From an uncultured Colwellia sp. (GTDB taxonomy: Bacteria > Pseudomonadota > Gammaproteobacteria > Enterobacterales > Alteromonadaceae): a stretch of DNA of 64,000 nucleotides. The stretch spans positions 6,807-70,806 of the forward strand of contig CAJXQM010000013.1 of assembly GCA_913058145.1 (NCBI GenBank). Reading direction: 5' to 3'. The notes under the pieces were generated by a model, which was not told where the DNA came from, did no database searches, and saw only the letters and a program-made list of their open reading frames with translations. Positions 54,926-64,000 of the stretch are shown here, piece after piece (position 1 is the first letter of the stretch; every line of letters starts with the position of its first letter). A program made the position numbers and the translations under genes.

Positions 54926-55712
54926 TTCATTAGTGCCTACTAAAGCTATTGCCTTAGTAAATAATGGCGCGATAGCAGCAGCACCTGTAAATAATCGTTT
55001 TCCTGCCTCTTTACCTAAACCTTGGTTAGCGCAGTGGAATCAAGATTTAGAGAAGAAGACGCCGCTTGCCCGTATTGAATGGACAATGGAAAACCTACCA
55101 ACCCAGTTTGTGTTGTCTTCTAGCTTTGGTATTCAATCAGCCGTTATGTTACATATGATGACGCAAGTAGATCCTAATATTCCAGTACTAATAACAGATA
55201 CAGGGCATTTGTTCCCAGAGACATATCGCTTCATTGAAGAGCTTACTGAACGATTAAATTTGAATTTACATGTGTATAGTGCTGTTGAAAGTGCGGCGTG
55301 GCAAATAGCAAAATATGGCGAGCAATGGGCACAAGATGATGAAGCATTAAAGCAGTACAACAGAAAAAACAAAGTTGAACCGCTAGAACGTGGTTTGTCT
55401 GAGTTAAATTGTGGTACTTGGTTTTCTGGCGTTCGTCGTCAGCAATCGGATCATAGACAAGGTTTATCAGTAGTTAGTATATTACGTGGCCGTTTTAAGG
55501 TGCATCCCATTATTGATTGGGGTAATAAAGATGTCCATCAGTATTTAACTAAGAACAACTTGCCTTATCACCCTTTATGGGATGAAGGGTATGTTTCTGT
55601 TGGTGATGTGCATAGTACTAAACCACTCACGTTAGGTATGGATGAAAGTGAAACTCGCTTTGGCCCAGGGCAACGTGAATGTGGCTTACATACTGATGGT
55701 GATGGGATATAA
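54918..55712 (+). CDS. cysH: PAPS reductase; start 54915 or 54918
   Basis: [24 protein letters not shown]-terminal RECGLH. Confidence 0.96.
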   Translation: MTNSLVPTKAIALVNNGAIAAAPVNNRFPASLPKPWLAQWNQDLEKKTPLARIEWTMENLPTQFVLSSSFGIQSAVMLHMMTQVDPNIPVLITDTGHLFPETYRFIEELTERLNLNLHVYSAVESAAWQIAKYGEQWAQDDEALKQYNRKNKVEPLERGLSELNCGTWFSGVRRQQSDHRQGLSVVSILRGRFKVHPIIDWGNKDVHQYLTKNNLPYHPLWDEGYVSVGDVHSTKPLTLGMDESETRFGPGQRECGLHTDGDGI

Positions 55713-55841
55713 ATTTAGTCAGCAGTTGACAGAAGTGAGTGACGAAGAATCCATCTCTTCGCTACTCATCAATATTTTTTATATTGCTGAGGGTATTAAC
55801 CTATTCTAACCGCAATAGTGCTTAATAGAACTCGATTGTGA

Positions 55842-56042
55842 TTAAGTAACTCCTAAGTTACCTGCTACGCCTATTTCCATTTCTATCCTCGCCTTGTAAG
55901 TGATCAGCATCACTAAAGACAAAGAGCATAAGGCAAACCCCGCACCAATATAAAACAGCCATGTAGGCTTGATAATCAATAATATGCCTAACAATGTATA
56001 GGTAACTTAAAACCCCATGTAGACTGTTTCATCAATAACCAT
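55842..56042 (-). pseudogene. Possible remnant of a membrane-transporter C-terminus
   Basis: Minus frame with one internal TAA: MVIDETVYMGF*VTYTLLGILLIIKPTWLFYIGAGFALCSLSLVMLITYK; two TM-like segments in an otherwise long spacer. Confidence 0.35.
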
Positions 56043-56160
56043 AAAGCTAAAAAGCTGTAGATTTCTCGTACACTTTTGATCTTTATTTTAAAGAGCGGTA
56101 ATATTTATAACGGCTAAAACTGACGCCTACATACACAAAAATTTTTTTTTAATACACTCA

Positions 56161-56180
56161 ATTCAAACAGGTGTTTTAAA
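56161..56180. promoter_or_regulatory. PsrA-type operator upstream of fadBA
   Basis: ATTCAAACAGGTGTTTTAAA; 17 of 20 positions match the site at 1157-1176. Confidence 0.7.
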
Positions 56181-56311
56181 AGCTATTGCAATTACCTTTT
56201 TTTCAAGGCACACTCAGCAACCTATTGCTTAATAGTATTAGATTAATTACACGATAATATGAAATAAATCATCAATACATCAACACCACATTTAGGTGAA
56301 GGAGACAACGT

Positions 56312-59667
<3,356 letters not shown>

Positions 59668-59791
59668 TATTTTTGTTGAAATGCTTTATTAACAGCGTTG
59701 AAAGTACTCATTGACTAGCGTCAACTCCGTGCTTTCGCCTTGTTACTAAAGTTTTCACCTGCAATATAAAACTCTTTTATAACCGTTAAAT

Positions 59792-59822
59792 AAAAAAACC
59801 AGCAATCGCTGGTTTTTTTTGT
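59792..59822. terminator. Bidirectional terminator (fadA / ppaC)
   Basis: AAAAAAACCAGC-aatc-GCTGGTTTTTTTT between convergent genes. Confidence 0.9.
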
Positions 59823-59847
59823 TCAAGATGAAATGGCTATATTGTTA

Positions 59848-60768
59848 TTAAGCAAATACATCTTGTAATGGTGGTACAACTTGTTTCTTACGGCTAAGTA
59901 CGCCGTCAAGCCATACTTTACCGTCTGTGGTTGCCTTACCAAAAGCGGCTTGTGCTAAGTTGTCATTATCACTTACCACAAGAAGTTCAGAGCCTTCTTT
60001 CATGATATCGGTTAATAGTAATAAAACACTATGGCGACCACCTTCAACTTTCAATTTTGCGATATCAGCTTCTAAATCAGCCTTCATCTCATCAAAAATC
60101 GCTAAATCAATCACTTCTAATTGGCCTATGCCAATAAGGTTGCCGTTCATATTGAAATCTTTAAAGTCACGCAATACTAAATCACGTACCGGTGTGCCTT
60201 CAACTGCAGATTTAACTTTGAACATATCCATGCCCAATTCTGCAGGGTTTTCAATGCCAGCAATTTCCGCTAATGCTTCAACACATTTAATATCAGCAGT
60301 AGTACAGGTTGGAGATTTAAAAATAACGGTATCGCTTAAAATAGCGCACATCATAGCACCGGCAATATTTTTAGGAATTTCAACGTTATGAAAGTCATAC
60401 ATCATTTTAATAATCGTATTAGTACAACCTACAGGGCGCACCCATATTTCTAGGGGGGTTGATGTAGTAATGTCACCTAATTTATGATGATCGATAATGC
60501 CTAAAATAGTTGCGTCATCAATATCATCTGGGCCTTGAGTACGCTCAGAATGATCAACAATATAAAGATTTTCGCCAGCATAGCTAGTTTTCAGTTCAGG
60601 TTGTTCAAAACCAAATTTATCTAAAATGAATAACGTTTCGGGTGTTAACTCGCCTAAACGAGCTGGAACTGTTTCTTCGCCTAAAGTCGTTTTTAAGTAA
60701 GATAAAGCTATGGCAGAACAAATTGAATCAGAATCAGGAATCTTGTGACCAACAACATAATTTGGCAT
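59848..60768 (-). CDS. ppaC: Mn-dependent (family II, DHH) inorganic pyrophosphatase
   Basis: GHKIPDSDS, IIDHHK, ILSDT, SRKKQVVP. Confidence 0.95.
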   Translation of the reverse strand: MPNYVVGHKIPDSDSICSAIALSYLKTTLGEETVPARLGELTPETLFILDKFGFEQPELKTSYAGENLYIVDHSERTQGPDDIDDATILGIIDHHKLGDITTSTPLEIWVRPVGCTNTIIKMMYDFHNVEIPKNIAGAMMCAILSDTVIFKSPTCTTADIKCVEALAEIAGIENPAELGMDMFKVKSAVEGTPVRDLVLRDFKDFNMNGNLIGIGQLEVIDLAIFDEMKADLEADIAKLKVEGGRHSVLLLLTDIMKEGSELLVVSDNDNLAQAAFGKATTDGKVWLDGVLSRKKQVVPPLQDVFA

Positions 60769-60921
60769 GGTTAAATCTCTTGAAAAATTAAATTAATATT
60801 GCCTATATTTTATCAAGAAATTTATTAGCAAGATACTATTAGCTGATGAATATCCACTAAAGTATGAAGTGCACTTTTGTAATTTTTACTCTAACTGTTT
60901 TGGTCTGGGCATTATCTTAGA

Positions 60922-60969
60922 TGATATTTTGGTGGGATTAGCTTATGATATTTTGGCGGGATTAACTTA
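60922..60969. repeat. 24-bp tandem duplication in the ppaC / ROK kinase divergent spacer
   Basis: TGATATTTTGGTGGGATTAGCTTA followed by TGATATTTTGGCGGGATTAACTTA, 22 of 24 identical. Confidence 0.85.
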
Positions 60970-61119
60970 GATTATATATTGTCAAATATTATCGTTTTTT
61001 CAAATCGATAAATTTTGACATTTAACCAGATAATCCCTGCCCGAGTGGTGAAGTGAATCGCGTTGTACAAGGTGTAATTATTTACCCTTTAGCATCACAA
61101 TAAAGTTTTTTTAGTTCAG

Positions 61120-62079
61120 GTGCTTAATTTGGCTATTTACGGATTAGATATTGGTGGTACAAAAATAGAAACTGCGATTTTTGACCACGAGTTAAATATG
61201 ATGAAAAGTTGGCGGATTGATACGCCAACACAAAATTATCAAGTGTTCCTTGATACGGTTCTTAAATTAGTTAAGCAAGCCGATGATTACACCAGTGAGC
61301 GAGGGAATATTGGTATAGGTATGCCAGGGTTAATAACCCCTGACGGCCGTGCTTTATCGGCTAATATACCTTGTGTTACAGGAAAATATATTGAAGAGGA
61401 TCTTGCTACGTTATTATCTCGCCCAATAGCACTAGAAAATGACACCCGTTGTTTTGCTTTATCGGAAGCGATCAGTGGGGCAGGAAAAGGCCACGCAAGA
61501 GTTTTTGGCGCTATTATTGGTACCGGTGCTGCAGGTGGTTTTTGCCACAATGGTCAACTCGAGGTGACGGCACAAGGGTTTGCAGGTGAATATGGCCATA
61601 TTCCATTGCCTGCCGATATTCAGGCTCAATACCAACTGCCTGTTTTGAAGTGTGGTTGCGGTTTAATGGCATGCGTTGAAAGCTATATTGCTGGCCCAGG
61701 CATTAGCCGTTTATACCAACATTTTAATGGCGAAACGATTACGCCAAAAGAATGGGGGATACGCTTAAAACAAAATGAAGGCGATGCCCAACAAGTGTTA
61801 GCCTGTTATCTCGATATTCTAGGTGCGACTTTTGCGACCTTGGCTAAATTTCTTGAGCCGGATGTTATTGTGTTAGGTGGCGGCGTATCATTGGTAGATG
61901 AAATTGTTAATAATTTATCGCCAGCTATCGAAAAATATCTATTTTCCGGCTTCCGTGCACCACTACTTAAAAGAGCCTTACATGGTGATTCAAGTGGTGT
62001 TAGAGGCGCTGCATTACTAGGATCAACAATCAATGATCGAACAACGGTATTATCTAAAAGCAAAGCAAGTATTTACTGA
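61120..62079 (+). CDS. ROK-family N-acetylhexosamine kinase (NagK/AgaK-like)
   Basis: GLDIGGTK, LENDTRCFA, GEYGH, CGCG..CVE zinc motif, GDSSGVRGAA. Confidence 0.9.
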   Translation: MLNLAIYGLDIGGTKIETAIFDHELNMMKSWRIDTPTQNYQVFLDTVLKLVKQADDYTSERGNIGIGMPGLITPDGRALSANIPCVTGKYIEEDLATLLSRPIALENDTRCFALSEAISGAGKGHARVFGAIIGTGAAGGFCHNGQLEVTAQGFAGEYGHIPLPADIQAQYQLPVLKCGCGLMACVESYIAGPGISRLYQHFNGETITPKEWGIRLKQNEGDAQQVLACYLDILGATFATLAKFLEPDVIVLGGGVSLVDEIVNNLSPAIEKYLFSGFRAPLLKRALHGDSSGVRGAALLGSTINDRTTVLSKSKASIY

Positions 62080-63220
62080 ACATGGCATTAAAAATAATTA
62101 TTATGTGTTAGTTGATAAGGGTGTGATAAAAGACATTAGCATTGAAGCTCGTGTCAATATTCCGGTATTAGATTTAGGTGATAATCAGTTGATGCCTGGC
62201 TTTATTGACATGCATATTCACGGCCGAGAAGGTTGTGATGTGATGGATGGTAAGCTTTCGTCACTCACCACTATTGCAAGGTCTTTAGCTAAACATGGTG
62301 TTGTTGGTTTTTTAGCAACAACAGTAACGGCTAAGTGGCTAGACAGTATACAAGCCTTTACTACCATTGGTGAGGCAGCTAATACTTGTTTAGGTGGTGC
62401 AAAAGTTTTAGGTGCTTACAATGAAGGTCTATTTTTTACTGATGAGCATAAAGGTGCCCATAACGAAAAGTTCTTTTTAAGATTAACTAAAGAGCGAGTG
62501 GATGCGATCTATGTGGCAACCCAAGGCACACTTAAAGTTGTAGCAATGGCACCAGAGTTTGAAGATTCGAAAGAAATGATCAGCTACTTAGCTTCTTTAG
62601 GTGTTAAGGTGATGCTTGGGCATACCAATGCAAATTTTCAACAAACAGTTGACGCTTTAGACGCTGGCGCCTGTGGTGGAGTTCATATATTTAATGGAAT
62701 GAGCGGAATTCATCATCGTGATCCAGGCTGTGCTGGTGCGGTATTAATGGACCCAAATGCGCTCGCTGAAGTCATCGCAGACGGAGTACATTTACACCCC
62801 AGTATTATGCAAATGGTATACAAGCTGAAAGGGCCAGAAAAAATAGTTTTAATCAGTGATTGTATTAATGCAGGTGGTTTTGATGATGGAACTTACCGGT
62901 TAGGTGAATTAGATGTTTATGTTAAAGATGGTGTGGCTCGGACGGCCTCGGGTTCTCTAGCGGGTAGTACACTGACGTTAGAAACGGCCATTGAAAACTT
63001 GGTTGAATTAGCACACGTTCCTTTACTAGAAGCTGTGCATATGGCCAGTTTAGTGCCTGCTACTTTTCTCGGTCTTGGCGATAAACTTGGTAGTATTGCC
63101 GTGAGCAAACAAGCAAGTTTTGCGATTTTAAATGACAAGCACCAGGTACAAGCAACCATCATTGATGGAAAAGTGGTGTTTGAAGAGGAAGGTTTTCACT
63201 CACTCGCAACATTACGTTAA
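62033..63220 (+). CDS. N-acetylhexosamine-6-phosphate deacetylase, more AgaA-like than NagA-like
   Basis: PGFIDMHIHG, HKGAH, VMLGH, HIFNGM..HHRDPG, IADGVH, LAGSTL. Confidence 0.9.
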   Translation: MIEQRYYLKAKQVFTEHGIKNNYYVLVDKGVIKDISIEARVNIPVLDLGDNQLMPGFIDMHIHGREGCDVMDGKLSSLTTIARSLAKHGVVGFLATTVTAKWLDSIQAFTTIGEAANTCLGGAKVLGAYNEGLFFTDEHKGAHNEKFFLRLTKERVDAIYVATQGTLKVVAMAPEFEDSKEMISYLASLGVKVMLGHTNANFQQTVDALDAGACGGVHIFNGMSGIHHRDPGCAGAVLMDPNALAEVIADGVHLHPSIMQMVYKLKGPEKIVLISDCINAGGFDDGTYRLGELDVYVKDGVARTASGSLAGSTLTLETAIENLVELAHVPLLEAVHMASLVPATFLGLGDKLGSIAVSKQASFAILNDKHQVQATIIDGKVVFEEEGFHSLATLR

Positions 63221-63262
63221 TGAGAAAACAGTCGTTTTTTAAGGCATTGGTTTGCCAAGGGA

Positions 63263-63304
63263 ATTGATCACACGATATTGATCCCACGATATTGATCCCA
63301 CGAT
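63263..63304. repeat. 14-bp tandem repeat, three copies
   Basis: ATTGATCACACGAT, ATTGATCCCACGAT, ATTGATCCCACGAT. Confidence 0.9.
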
Positions 63305-63453
63305 AGTGAAAGCAAACATTTGCACCCTAATACGGTTTATTAATGTTAGGGGCGATTTGTAAACTTATCCGAGGGTAAATTATTCACGTTGAATAAAGGC
63401 ATACATTGTTAATCCCCTTAACTTTTTATAAATAAAATAAGGCATTTTATAAA

Positions 63454-63891
63454 ATGACAGATAATTTCCAACAACGACTTCAAGCAGAGCAAGAGAAAAA
63501 TAAATTTTTGTTAGATATTATTAATGCTATTTCTGATCCTATTATGGTAAAAGATAGGCATGGAAAGTACCTTTTTGCTAATAAGGGCCTTGCGGATTTG
63601 TATAATACAGTGCCAGATAAAATGATTGGTAAAGATGACTCTTATTTTACCGGTAATATAGATCAAACCAAGAGTTTTACAGAAAGTGTACAAGCCGTTA
63701 TTCAAAGTCAAAAACAACAAGTTGTTTATGAGGATGCTACTGACTTAAAAACAGGGGAAACTCATCACTATAAGGCTTTAAAAGTCCCTTTTGTTAATAA
63801 TAAAGGAGAAGATAATGTCGTGATTGTTGCAACCGATATTACTGATGTGGTAACTCTCAAAAAAGAAGCAGAAAAAACGAAAAAAAAATAA
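63454..63891 (+). CDS. PAS/PAC-domain protein, N-terminal part of a frameshifted sensor
   Basis: DAISDPIMVKD..GKYLFAN PAS core and KVPF..IVATDITD PAC motif; ends in a poly-A run. Confidence 0.85.
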   Translation: MTDNFQQRLQAEQEKNKFLLDIINAISDPIMVKDRHGKYLFANKGLADLYNTVPDKMIGKDDSYFTGNIDQTKSFTESVQAVIQSQKQQVVYEDATDLKTGETHHYKALKVPFVNNKGEDNVVIVATDITDVVTLKKEAEKTKKK

Positions 63892-64000
63892 TGGTGACTT
63901 TGGATGCTTATAGTGAGGGAATGTATGAGTGGGACCCCCAAACCAATGAGGTATTTTACAATACAAGGTTGGAAACTATCACGGGAGTGGGCAATGTCAA
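63891..64000 (+). CDS. Continuation of the PAS sensor in a shifted frame; runs off the window
   Basis: Open frame MVTLDAYSEGMYEWDPQTNEVFYNTRLETITGVGNV, resembling the start of a second PAS domain. Confidence 0.7.
   Translation, partial: MVTLDAYSEGMYEWDPQTNEVFYNTRLETITGVGNV

Noticed and set aside
60980-61119. AgaR or NagC box
   Set aside because: No clear CTTTC tandem or NagC consensus; only an unassigned palindrome is reported

Overview
AT-rich gammaproteobacterial chromosome segment. Gene order and protein style suggest Colwelliaceae/Alteromonadales; this is inference. The left part (4.5-35 kb) is core genome: the complete dcw cluster (mraZ-rsmH-ftsL-ftsI-murE-murF-mraY-murD-ftsW-murG-murC-ddl-ftsQ-ftsA-ftsZ-lpxC), then dciA, an M23 peptidase, secA, mutT and the pilA-pilB-pilC-pilD-coaE-zapD-yacG unit. 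The right part holds dnaB, an M1 peptidase with a DUF6702-like partner, zur, a variable zur-dusA interval, dusA, a psp-like operon, an enoyl-CoA hydratase, a PCu(A)C/DUF2333/TIGR04219 envelope operon, cysJIH, fadBA, ppaC, a ROK kinase/amino-sugar-6P deacetylase pair and a frameshifted PAS gene. No rRNA, tRNA, CRISPR array or intact transposase was seen. Best signals: (1) a second, expanded phage-shock module at the E. coli pspG position after dusA (secreted 113-aa protein, pspA, short pspC, PspG-like gene), with a visible sigma54 promoter and two PspF-like enhancer sites; (2) an eroded dusA-associated integrase beside the dusA 5' end, next to a GC-rich Sel1 gene; (3) two mosaic clusters of one REP-like palindrome family, one amplified as a 33-bp unit; (4) matching PsrA-type operators before the acyl-CoA dehydrogenase and fadBA; (5) a poly-A frameshift splitting a multi-PAS protein. 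Family assignments come from motif recognition and recall, not database searches.
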